Shown in pieces: positions 1-8,966 of a DNA stretch of 30,694 nucleotides (position 1 is its first letter; each line of letters opens with the position of its first letter). The translations under genes and the position numbers were made by a program. Under the pieces are notes generated by a model, which was not told where the DNA came from, did no database searches, and worked only from the letters and a program-made list of their open reading frames with translations. The DNA is from Macrostomum lignano (lineage: Eukaryota), in contig NIVC01004939.1 of the NCBI GenBank assembly GCA_002269645.1, positions 1 through 30,694 on the forward strand, written 5' to 3'.

Positions 1-479
1 TATCTCCTTTACTTTGTAATTCTCACAATAAATAAGTGTAAATTTTTATCCTATTTTTTCAATCTATTTAAGATCGATTAAATGAAAACCACAGCCTCGT
101 AGGGAGGAATAAGTCCTATGGAGCAGACAAATATGCACGGTTCAGTAGCAGAATAAATCGATATAAAAAGCCATTCAAGTAAGACAGTTTTTCCCACTCG
201 TACAATTGTGCAGTTTAGATCCTTTACGTCTCTTAAGTCTCGTTGTCTCAGTAATTCTCTCCATAGGGTTGGGAAAGCTACGTAAATGTATTAATATTAA
301 AATGCCTGCTTCCCATTTAGTACTGTACAGTATTTTCCCAATCACAATACATGTATACTATACGAGCACACACTAGACTATGAATACTCCTCTCTACAAC
401 CAGAGCATAAAAGTTACGAAGAGAAAAGCTGCAACGCACTAGCGCAGTTCCTACTCAAAGCGCCTACCAGCAGAAAATC

Positions 480-2347
480 ATGCAACCCGCTCGTTGTTCA
501 ATGCGCCTCTGCCGCAGTCCGCTGTTGGCGAGTCGCTTGTAACCTGCCAGCCTCTCTGCGACCTGCACATGCAGCAAGACTTCATCGAAGTAGACGAGGC
601 TGAACTCAGAGTAGCCACAAAGTGCAGCTCTTCAAGAAGTACCAGGAGCCCATGAGACTGATGCAGCAGAGACTCACATCCGACCTACAGCTGCTCGACG
701 ACACCTTTACCGACCTGAGAGAGACATTGGACAGGTGTCAAAGTGAGCTCGTTGCTGTCGTTACCAAGCAGCATGACCAGCTCATTGACCATCTGTTAAT
801 TGTCTCAGACATGAATGACTTTGAAAAAGAGCTAAAGAGACCAAGGATGACAAAAACACGAGGCAGGCCTTCCTCATCAACAAGAGCATGGAGAGATCGC
901 TGAAGACATTGCAGCTGGACTCAAATCTGGTGAGATTGGATGAGGAAAGTCAGACAGTCGAAATCGCAGCTTACCCGGATTTGAACTCGAGAATAAGAGA
1001 GCTTGAGACCGGACTGAGAGCTGAGTTGGTTTTACTCAGAAAACTCGCTGAGCAGTTTGATGCTGCTGCTGATTCTAGGCGTTTTGATGAAGAAATTGCA
1101 CTTCGAGCAGAAGAGAGAATAAGCAAGGCAGAGGTGCTAACAACTGCAGTATGCCTAACAGTGTGCAGCAACACCACAGGTTTTGTCATTGACCAGTCAG
1201 GTGTGATTAAGAAGGCTAATGGGATAGCAGCGACTGTATGCCACAGCCCGGTATCTTTGTAGCTGTCCTTCCTGAAGCTGATCAAGGACAGCAACTCCTC
1301 TCAGCGACAATAGATGATGAAAGCAGTTCAAGCCCGAATGACATGGCGTTTAAAATTTTGCTGCTCTCCGATGATGCAAAAGAAGTTGGACGCCTCACGT
1401 GCAGCTGGGCGGCCGATCAGCCGATCCGAGATCTACACTGCGACAATCAGCGACAGCTGCTGTTCATCTCTCAGGAGACATCGGTGACAGTGACCGACCT
1501 CAGCGGAGCTCTCAAGTCAAGAATCTGCATCACCGAGTTGCACGAAGGCGCTACGGAGCTGTGGTGCATTGCTGGAAACTGCGACAAGCTGTTTGCTCTA
1601 ATTGAAAAGCCAGATCGACATCTGGCCATTGTGGGAGTCGAGAAAGACTCTGGTAAGGTTCAACTGGCTTTTCCCATACCCAGTGGTTGTGAGCTCATGA
1701 GAGATGGTTCGAAAATGTCAGTCAGAGACCAGATGCTGTTCTTGTCTGATAGGTGGAATGTTTTCACTATCTGCATCATTACTAAGAAGCTGATCAACTC
1801 AAGGTCGTTCTATATGGGACCATGCCAGACGCCGGGCTTGTGCAGTGACACAAAAGACCATGCCTATGCCGTGGCTGGGGAGAACTCTGTTCCAGCTGAA
1901 TTTCAACTGGCTCCCTGCGCACCTTCACTCACACTGTGGCCGACATCAGAAACACCGCAGTACATCCTGTCCTCCGATGCAGGTGTTCAGTACAAAGCGG
2001 CAAAGGTGGAGAATGGTCGAGTAATTGTTACAACCTGGCGAATCGAATTTGTGAACAGAGATGACTTTGAATACGATGATGAATATGAAGACGAAGATCC
2101 AAATCAATATGAAGACGAAGATCCAAATCAATATGAAGACGAAGATCAAGATCAAGATGAAGACGAAGATCCAAATCAATATGAAGACGAAGATCCAAAT
2201 CAATATGAAGACGAAGATCAAGATCAAGATGAAGACGAAGATCCAAATCAATATGAAGACGAAGATCCAAATCAATATGAAGACGAAGATCAAGATCAAG
2301 ATGAAGACGAAGATCAAGATGAAGACGAAGATGAAGATGAAGACGAA
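480..2347 (+). pseudogene. Frameshifted intronless gene: N-terminal Cys/His (B-box-like) finger, coiled coil, beta-propeller-like region, acidic repeat tail (TRIM/NHL-like architecture); C-terminus interrupted by a LINE
   Basis: ATG at 480 (MQPARCSMRLCRSP). Coding-like sequence continues through four successive -1 frame changes: AVGESLVTCQPLCDLH (from 521), ORF 622-903 (helical, L/E/Q-rich), ORF 888-1262, ORF 1238-2464 (short beta-strand-like motifs, then E/D repeat). The family call is pattern-based only. Confidence 0.5.
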
Positions 2348-4118
2348 CGCACAGATATTCACCAGGATGCACGAGGACATTGCCGAGTACCTGGAAACAA
2401 AAAGAGCATCAGGAGACTGCAACATCGAAGACACAGAAACGGCAATCCTCCTAGACCTCCGTAAGGCATATCCGAGAGTGTGCAAGCCGATCCTGTGGGG
2501 AATCCTCCAAGCGTACAAGATGCCGCAAGAGACGATCGAAAAACTGAAAGACCTGCATGAACATACCGCGTATAAAGTGCAAGGCAAGGAGAAATCAAGC
2601 GAAACATGGCTACCCGAGCGAGGCTTACGCGAGGGATGCCCAACTTCCCCGATATTATTTAACATCTACCACCAGGCGAGCATCAGGAAAGCGGAAGAAA
2701 CTCGGGAGACAGAAGCGGCCAGCAGAGGATTAAGCTGCGGGGTGGAATGGACGTACTTACCTGGACACTCCTTGCCACCTCAGAGAATCAACCAGTACAA
2801 CTCGGAGATGCGAACGGTCAAGTGGACCTCATCGCTCTTTGCAGACGACACCACCATCCTAGGCAATGGCAGAGAACTGACGAGAAGCCTAACAACGACC
2901 AAAGAGAATATGAAGAAGTTCGAAGAACTGACAAATGACGAGAAACAGGAGGAGATGGCCCTAGGAACATCCGTCGGAGGTAAAACTCGCATCCTAGGGT
3001 CGTGGATGGATAGGAGATACGACACACAGCAAAGAATCCAGAGAGCCGCCAAAGCGTGGAATGCGATCAGGAAAAGGTTCCATCGATGCCGCCTGAAAAA
3101 GACCACACAAGCTAAAGTGGTCGAGGCGTGCGTGGAAAGTGTACTCCTGTTCCATGCGAACACCCGCCCGTTCCTGCTCGGCGAAATCAAAAAAATGCAA
3201 CAGTTCATCGACAAAACATACCGCAACATTTGGTCCAACAAGAGAATGGAACCGCTGCGCGAAATGGAAAGCCTAGGAGTAAATATGCAAGATATCCGCA
3301 ACGAACTAGGTGTTGTGTCATTAAGAACAAAGATTGAGAAAAGTCACCTAAAAAGGATTGGCCACGTCCTACGGATGGAAGACGACAGACAAATAAAGCA
3401 AGCCGTATTAGGGTGGTACAGAGGCCTGGAAAGGATCCCTAAGCGCAAAAAACGGAAAAACAACACCATATCCTACTGGAAGCGCCTCATCCGGGAAGCC
3501 GGTATGGAACCGCAAGACATCGAACGCCACGTTCTAGACAGGAAACACTGGCGGAACGTAGTACACCAGCGGACTGTACACCTACAAGAGTGGGAGAGAG
3601 TGCAAGGAAAAAAGGCCAAGACGGACAGTAACAACAGCCTGATCGAACGAAGTCAAGAACGGTACCACGTAAAAACGAACCCGAGAGAGGTTGGAGATGG
3701 CTTCAAATGCGAATACGAACTCTGCGGCAAAGTGTGTAAAAGCAAGGGCGGACTAACCATCCACCAAAAGAGGATGCATCGCGTGTTTAAAGAGCCGGTG
3801 AAATTCAGATGCCACAAATGCGACAAGGAGTTCCGACAGGAAGCGACCCTGGCAAACCATGAGAAGGTGTGCCAAGGCGAGACGGAAATAGATGCGTCAA
3901 GAGTAAAATGTCAGCAATGTGGAAGCACAATCGTAAAATCGAACCTAGCGAGGCACAGAAAGACATGTAAAGAACAACACCACAATCCACCGGAGATGGA
4001 GGAGAACAAGAGAAGAGCAAGAAAATACCGAAGGAAGACAGCAGAATGCGACAAGTGCGGAAGAACGTTATCGGCGACAAACATGGCGCGACACAAACGC
4101 ACTTGCGGTGAAGCCTGA
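2061..4118 (+). CDS. LINE ORF2 remnant (partial reverse transcriptase plus four C-terminal Zn fingers); the first ~95 codons are the host repeat read in another frame
   Basis: Uninterrupted 685-codon ORF with FADD catalytic motif. Fingers: CEYELC..H..MH, CHKC..H..C, CQQC..H..C, CDKC..H..C. Confidence 0.85.
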   Translation: MTLNTMMNMKTKIQINMKTKIQINMKTKIKIKMKTKIQINMKTKIQINMKTKIKIKMKTKIQINMKTKIQINMKTKIKIKMKTKIKMKTKMKMKTNAQIFTRMHEDIAEYLETKRASGDCNIEDTETAILLDLRKAYPRVCKPILWGILQAYKMPQETIEKLKDLHEHTAYKVQGKEKSSETWLPERGLREGCPTSPILFNIYHQASIRKAEETRETEAASRGLSCGVEWTYLPGHSLPPQRINQYNSEMRTVKWTSSLFADDTTILGNGRELTRSLTTTKENMKKFEELTNDEKQEEMALGTSVGGKTRILGSWMDRRYDTQQRIQRAAKAWNAIRKRFHRCRLKKTTQAKVVEACVESVLLFHANTRPFLLGEIKKMQQFIDKTYRNIWSNKRMEPLREMESLGVNMQDIRNELGVVSLRTKIEKSHLKRIGHVLRMEDDRQIKQAVLGWYRGLERIPKRKKRKNNTISYWKRLIREAGMEPQDIERHVLDRKHWRNVVHQRTVHLQEWERVQGKKAKTDSNNSLIERSQERYHVKTNPREVGDGFKCEYELCGKVCKSKGGLTIHQKRMHRVFKEPVKFRCHKCDKEFRQEATLANHEKVCQGETEIDASRVKCQQCGSTIVKSNLARHRKTCKEQHHNPPEMEENKRRARKYRRKTAECDKCGRTLSATNMARHKRTCGEA
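2087..2347 (+). repeat. Coding 24-bp tandem repeat organised as a 72-bp higher-order unit (A-A-B)x3, decaying into GAA/GAT/GAC triplets
   Basis: A=gaagacgaagatccaaatcaatat (EDEDPNQY), B=gaagacgaagatcaagatcaagat (EDEDQDQD). Order AAB AAB AAB over 2087-2302, then shorter units to 2347. Confidence 0.95.
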
Positions 4119-4171
4119 CGCTGTTCACTCCACGCCGCAAGGCGATAAACGGAGAAGAAGAAGAAGAAGAA
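2348..4171 (+). mobile_element. 5'-truncated non-LTR retrotransposon (LINE; RTE/L2/CR1-type, clade not determined)
   Basis: RT motifs LLDLRKAYPRV, GLREGCPTSPILFNIY, LFADDTTILG. C-terminal zinc fingers, 35-nt 3' UTR, (GAA)6 tail at 4154-4171. No endonuclease or N-terminal RT subdomains present. 5' junction approximate. Confidence 0.92.
4119..4171 (+). other. LINE 3' terminal stem-loop and (GAA)6 tail
   Basis: cgcc-GCAA-ggcg (4133-4144) is a GNRA-tetraloop hairpin. A possible lower stem pairs ctgtt (4121-4125) with aacgg (4148-4152). gaa x6 follows. Confidence 0.7.
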
Positions 4172-4225
4172 GATGAATATGAAGGTCAATATGAATATGG
4201 CGATGAACGTCATTATGCATATTAA
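4172..4225 (+). pseudogene. Displaced C-terminus of the upstream acidic-tail gene (DEYEGQYEYGDERHYAY*)
   Basis: Directly after the LINE tail the sequence resumes as gat gaa tat gaa ggt caa tat gaa..., resembling the DEYE and NQYE units upstream, and ends in TAA at 4223-4225. Confidence 0.6.
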
Positions 4226-4337
4226 GATAAACATAAACATGAATGTGAAACCATAGCATCGCGCGGCGGTGCCAGAGACACTCGACCATCACGACGAGAA
4301 ACGACTGGAGTAGCAGCTCTTTCAACCTAATAAACTT

Positions 4338-4497
4338 TTAGTAGCCATTTGAACTATTTCAAATCCATAGTAGTCTTGTCATTCGTATTAATTTGTTGTA
4401 GCCCTGTAACTGATATCAAGTTGTAGTAGCACTGAGCAACAACGATTTGTAGCTGCCTTGTCACTCATCAATTTGTAGTCTTGTCACTATTTCACTC
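4338..4497. repeat. Degenerate ~26-30-bp tandem repeat (about 6 units starting tgtag/tagtag)
   Basis: Recurring tgtag...cttgtca...att motif at roughly regular spacing. Confidence 0.4.
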
Positions 4498-4806
4498 TGA
4501 TGTTTCCTGTTTAAAACACAAAATCTAAAAATACTGCTTCAACAATCATATATTTAGAGCGTTCCTAAACTAAAGCAGCTGAGCCTGAGCCAGCCTTAAA
4601 TCCAAATATACAAAAAATGAAAAAAATTGCTTGCTTGCTATTTTCTAAATATGAAAACGATAATCATTAGGTTTTATTGAGAAACGCCATAGCTCCACTT
4701 GTAATAGCACAGTACATTACAGCAAAGGATAAATTTAGTCTGCACAGACAGCAGAAATACTAGAAAAATGCAGTTTATTAAAAACTTCACTAGACGACAC
4801 GAGAGG

Positions 4807-5249
4807 TCACTGAGGCTCATCAGCGATAGCATGGGCCGGATCTGCCCACAAGAACACGGCATCGCCCATCGCGGTGAGAACTCTGCACAGTTTCGGATGA
4901 GCCGACACAGACTGCACCACCGAAGCCTGAGTCCTGACTCCAGCCCTGGCGGGCTCAGCTGCGGGATGCCTCAGCCTGCACCGCAGCTCGCCGCTGAGCA
5001 GATCCCAGCAGATCAGCTCGCCAGAGCCGCCAGCCGAGCCGGACAGAACCAGCGAGTCTCCCGCGGACACGTCGCATTCAACTGACAGATCGGCCACGCT
5101 GTGACCCGAGTAGCTGGCCAGCAGGTCGCCAGTGTCCCGGTCGATGAGGCGGAGTCTGGCATCGGAGCAGCTGGCCAGAATGCACCGGCCATCGCGGGTG
5201 GCGCACAGGCCGATCAGAGGCTTGCACAGATTGTCCTCTGCGAGGCGGC
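4807..5249 (-). CDS. WDR83: WDR83/MORG1 WD40-repeat protein, exon 3 (last)
   Basis: Acceptor ccccgcag|GC (phase 1). GRLAEDNLCKPLIGLCATRDGRCILASCSDARLRLIDRDTGDLLASYSGH aligns with recalled human GQLFSDYVGSPITCTCFSRDGQCTLVSSLDSTLRLLDKDTGELLGEYKGH. Stop at 4807. AATAAA on the minus strand at 4774-4779 and 4673-4678. Confidence 0.93.
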
Positions 5250-5644
5250 CTGCGGGGTTCATTTATGGCTCGGCTGTTGCCTCGATCTGAGACACTGCTC
5301 GAGTACAACTGCCCTGCAAAGTAAACTATGGTAGAACTGATAAGGAAAGAGACACTGCGCGTAGCAAAAGAGAAAAGTTGTTTACAAATCGCAAATCAAA
5401 GTCATGAGTCTCATTTCGAAATACTCAAGCTTGATTTGAGGTCAGGCCCAGCTCTCTTAAATAATGACTGCCTTCGGCGCATCGTCCACAGGTAGCGCTG
5501 AGGGCCATTCTTCCCAATCGGCTCACGATCCTGACTGACGCAGGAATGAACAGCGGTCCTTGTGAGGTCTACATGTACACCAAATGGCACATATATACTT
5601 TTTAACAAAACAGATTTCAAACCAAAGCCCCTCAGCAACGGCAC

Positions 5645-5880
5645 CTTTCCTGGCATCGTAGCAGCGCAAGCGTCCATCCAGACTAGCCGTATAGATTCGC
5701 CAGGAGTGAACAGCCACCGCCGTGACGGAGTCCCTGGCATCGGTGAGCAGCTGCACAGGCGCTTGAGCTTTACTGCGCAGATCCCACAGGCGGACTGTGC
5801 AGTCCACTGAACCGCTGGCCAGCAGGGTGGCGTCCGGACTGAAGTCCAATGCGCCAACTCGAGCCAGGTGGCTGCGGTAT
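5645..5880 (-). CDS. WDR83: WDR83/MORG1 exon 2
   Basis: Acceptor gcgcag|AT (phase 2), donor AAAG|gtgccg (phase 1). Encodes KYRSHLARV...SGSVDCTVRLWDLRS...DARDSVTAV...SLDGRLRCYDARKG. Confidence 0.93.
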
Positions 5881-6085
5881 CTGCGCAGGCAGGTGGACAG
5901 GTGGGGAGGACTCGATGCAGCATTTATTGGGATAAAAGAGACATTTAAATGGCATGAAGGACTCAGCGTATAACTACTGCAGTACATGGACTGGAGAACA
6001 TCGTAGGACTTAGACACAACAGTGCGTATGGACTCTTATGCATATGTCTAAATACATATGTAGACTTAAAGAAGTCTTATACCGG

Positions 6086-6420
6086 TAGATGACTGGAGAT
6101 TCTCAGATGACTGGGGACTCTCATAGATGGACTGGGGACTCTCATAGATGGACTGGGGACTCTCATAGATGGACTGGGGACTCTCATAGATGGACTGGGG
6201 ACTCTCATAGATGACTGGGGACTCTCATAGATGGACTGGGGACTCTCATAGATGACTGGAGACTCTCATAGATGGACTGGGGACTCTCATAGATGGACTG
6301 GGGACTCTTATAGATGGACTGGGGACTCTTATAGATGGACTGGGGACTCTTATAGATGACTGAGATTCTCATATGACTGGAGAGTCTTATAGATGCCTGG
6401 AGATTCTCTAAGATAGACTG
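6086..6420. repeat. 20-21-bp minisatellite (gatggactggggactctcata, ~17 units) in WDR83 intron 1
   Basis: Near-identical head-to-tail units in the centre, degenerate at both ends, no spacers. Confidence 0.95.
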
Positions 6421-6474
6421 GCCTTTCTAGAACAAACAGAAGACACTTAAAAAGCAAAGCCTCTAAGCCCTCAC

Positions 6475-6752
6475 TTTCGCACGGCGGTACCGCTAGCCGT
6501 GTCCCAATAAGCCACCATTTTATCCTCGCCCCCGCTAGCCAGATTGGCATTGTCGCAGGCGCAGGCCACAGCCAACACCTCCTGACCGTGGCCAAGATAC
6601 GACCTGAGCAGCAGGGATTTGGCTGGATTCCACAGCTTCAAAGACTTGTCCGCGCCGCCAGTAAGGCAGTAATTGCCGTCGGCGTTAAATCTGACGCAAC
6701 GAACGGCGCCCTGGCCGCACACTGTGCGGCATTGCAGCTGCTCTGGTGTTGT
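6475..6752 (-). CDS. WDR83: WDR83/MORG1 first coding exon (no in-frame ATG at its start)
   Basis: Acceptor tttcag|ACA at 6753/6752, donor AA|gtgagg at 6475/6474. TTPEQLQCRTVCGQGAVRCVRFNADGNYCLTGGADKSLKLWNP matches WDR83 CGQGAVRAVRFNVDGNYCLT. Exons of 278+236+443 = 957 nt give 318 codons plus stop. Confidence 0.92.
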
Positions 6753-6787
6753 CTGAAAGTTTTTATTTTAAAATTTTTGTGTGGTAC

Positions 6788-7175
6788 TTTTAGTAGCTTT
6801 CTGTTAGTAGTAACAAAATTTTTTTACATGTTTTGATGTTGCCTACTAATAGTAGACTTCTTGAATATTATTTTTAAATGTTTGGAGTAAAACAAGAAAA
6901 CTATCTAGTGATTCTATTATGAATCGTCAAGTATCGATCTATCTATCTACCTATCCATTTATCTCACCATCTATCCATCTATCTATCTATCTATCTTCTA
7001 TCTATCAATCTATCTCTATTTTTCTAGCTTTTAAATTTTAGTATGCTACTTATAGTAGTATTCTATCGGTAGAATTAAAAAATTCAGTCGATATTTTGAT
7101 GTCGCTTACTAATGGTAGACTGTACATTTTTTTGTTTCGAGCAAAACAAGAGAACCATATAGTGACCTACTTACA
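6788..7175. repeat. Diverged direct duplication (copies ~263 bp apart) flanking a (CTAT)n microsatellite
   Basis: ttttgatgttgcctactaatagtagac...gagtaaaacaagaaaactatctagtga (6831-6911) vs ttttgatgtcgcttactaatggtagac...gagcaaaacaagagaaccatatagtga (7094-7165). Confidence 0.7.
6937..7019. repeat. Imperfect (CTAT)n microsatellite
   Basis: Runs of ctat/ctatc. Confidence 0.9.
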
Positions 7176-8205
7176 GTAGTGTATACGCATATTTTTAAAT
7201 GAAAAAGTGCAGTTGTAAAAACTTGCAGCATTTTGTCGGTAAAACTCCATGCATTAGATATGAATAAAATGAATTAACCTTTGATTTATTAATAATTTAC
7301 AATCAAGACAAACAACATAAATCAACAGTTTAAGATAGAATGGATCCGTCAAAATACTGCGTAACACTGGATGTTTCTTAAAACAATTTTTTTTCGCGAA
7401 AATCATTATTGAACAACAGGCTACATTTGGGAGTAACTAGAATTTCCGAATGTACAAAATTACGATTTTTAATAACAAATATTGTAAGATTATTAAATTA
7501 ATGTGTGGTAACTTGCAAAATAGAGTTGAGAGCAGATTGCTGACCCAAGTAAGCCAAGAACAAAAAGAAGCCATTTAAGATAAGAAAATCACTAATTGCT
7601 GTTCTTGATTACCATAGAATATTTTATTTAAGTCCAACTACTTACCGATCAATAAGCAAGTAGCATGCAACGAGAATGCTGTTTAAAAATTGAATAGACA
7701 CTAGTAGAATAATAAATCAATCATGCAAGTCAAAGTCTGTCTGCTTTTGTGAATTAAGAAATAAAAGTTCAAATTTGGAAGCTGAAAATATGTTTATTAA
7801 AAACTACAAGCACTGGCAATTCTCAGTCTTGAATACAAAAAAAATTTTCAAGGATTACTATCAAAGCATGCACATTGCACAAACACATCTCAATTCAGGG
7901 GTCCATTATTTGACAATTTAGACATCGTTTTAAAAAGGTCGAACGATTTTGTTTGTACGCAGTGCTGTACTCATACAGAGCGCTCACTCGGGGTGTACAG
8001 CGGCTTCTGTGTCTTAGGCTTGACCCTAATGGCTGTGAATCTCGTGAATCTCGTGAAACACAAATATTTAGAATCAAAATACGCACACCTGCAGACTATA
8101 AATATCCATATAACTGAAATAAGCCAGGCTAAGCAGTATAAAATGTTCAGCTACTTTTCCAACAGCATGGGGATCAGCTGAAGGAGCCGTCAGTTCATCT
8201 CAAAA

Positions 8206-8502
8206 TCAAACTCTGGCGGCTTCCGCCTGTCGCGCCACGCTGGAGCTGGATCCCCCGCTGCTGACGCTGCCGATAGCTGCTGCTCGCTTTGCAGCGGCTG
8301 CGGCGGCGAGAGCCGAGGCGTTGCGCTGGTGACTGGCCGTGGCTGCCGAGCGCAGCTGCGCCTCGATGCTCTGCGTCTCGTCAATGAGCATTCGCTGGCT
8401 TCGCTGCAGCAGCGGCTCCTGCAGTCGGCAGTGCGCGTGGTGACGCAGGTAATAGCCGAACCAGAAGCGGAGGAACTGGGCCGAGTGCTGCGGCTTCAGA
8501 AC
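8206..8502 (-). CDS. MTMR2: Myotubularin-related phosphatase, exon 3 (last)
   Basis: Acceptor accccag|GTT (phase 0). VLKPQHSAQFLRFWFGYYLRH resembles MTMR2 [21 protein letters not shown]. Ala/Ser-rich tail, TGA at 8206. AATAAA on the minus strand at 7793-7798. Confidence 0.88.
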   Translation of the reverse strand, partial: VLKPQHSAQFLRFWFGYYLRHHAHCRLQEPLLQRSQRMLIDETQSIEAQLRSAATASHQRNASALAAAAAAKRAAAIGSVSSGGSSSSVARQAEAARV

Positions 8503-8528
8503 CTGGGGTGAATAGGGGAAGGTGATGG

Positions 8529-8537
8529 ATCTATCTG

Positions 8538-8573
<36 letters not shown>

Positions 8574-8606
8574 CCTATTTATCTATCTACCTATCCACCT
8601 ATCTCT
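8529..8606. repeat. (CTAT)n microsatellite in myotubularin intron 2
   Basis: Long perfect ctat run with degenerate flanks. Confidence 0.93.
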
Positions 8607-8644
8607 CATATCAGTGAGTACCTCAAGCACTAAACTAAGCTCAC

Positions 8645-8966
8645 CTGGTAGCGGTTAGGTGCGTAATGCGGATTAGTGTAGTCCATGACAGCAGAATTGA
8701 CAACAGACCAGAGCGAGTGCGTGTGCGGCCGAATCTTGGCCCTCTCCTGGTCGCAGTTGCCCAGAAAGGTGCCGAACCGATTACTATAGAGATGCTCCAA
8801 GATAGTAATCAGCAGGTGCTCGTTAAACTCGAAAGCATTTGGGAACTGCTGGGTGAGCTGCCAGACGCACTCGATGAACTGCAGGAACACCGGAGACCGC
8901 TCGCTGTCAGACGGGTTGTCCTCTAGGAAGCCAATTCTCTTGCCAAACTGGTGACCCATTGAGCAC
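8645..8966 (-). CDS. MTMR2: Myotubularin-related phosphatase, exon 2
   Basis: Acceptor ggcaag|G (phase 2), donor CAG|gtgagc. Encodes [13 protein letters not shown]...[26 protein letters not shown]...[13 protein letters not shown]. Confidence 0.93.

Noticed and set aside
1946-2665. Minus-strand ORFs with long hydrophobic (FVFILIW)n or (LRLHLD)n repeats, also 3911-4240
   Set aside because: These are antisense translations of the GAA/GAT-rich repeat and the LINE tail, not membrane proteins.
2078-4184. 13-bp match gatgaatatgaag (2078-2090 and 4172-4184) as LINE TSD
   Set aside because: It would make the 24-bp repeat part of the insertion. The repeat encodes the same NQYE/DEYE vocabulary as the host flanks, so the match is better explained by the low-complexity target. 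It cannot be fully excluded without an empty allele.
5250-5314. Alternative acceptor tttactttgcag at 5314 for WDR83 exon 3
   Set aside because: It lies 64 nt upstream of the homology-supported acceptor and shifts the frame away from the WD40 sequence.
5430-5445. 13-nt match to the 5' end of LSU rRNA (tgacctcaaatca, minus strand) in WDR83 intron 2; possible snoRNA
   Set aside because: Too short, and no convincing C/D or H/ACA boxes were found.
6086-6420. CRISPR-like array
   Set aside because: Units are contiguous with no unique spacers, lie in a spliceosomal intron, and have no cas genes nearby. It is a minisatellite.
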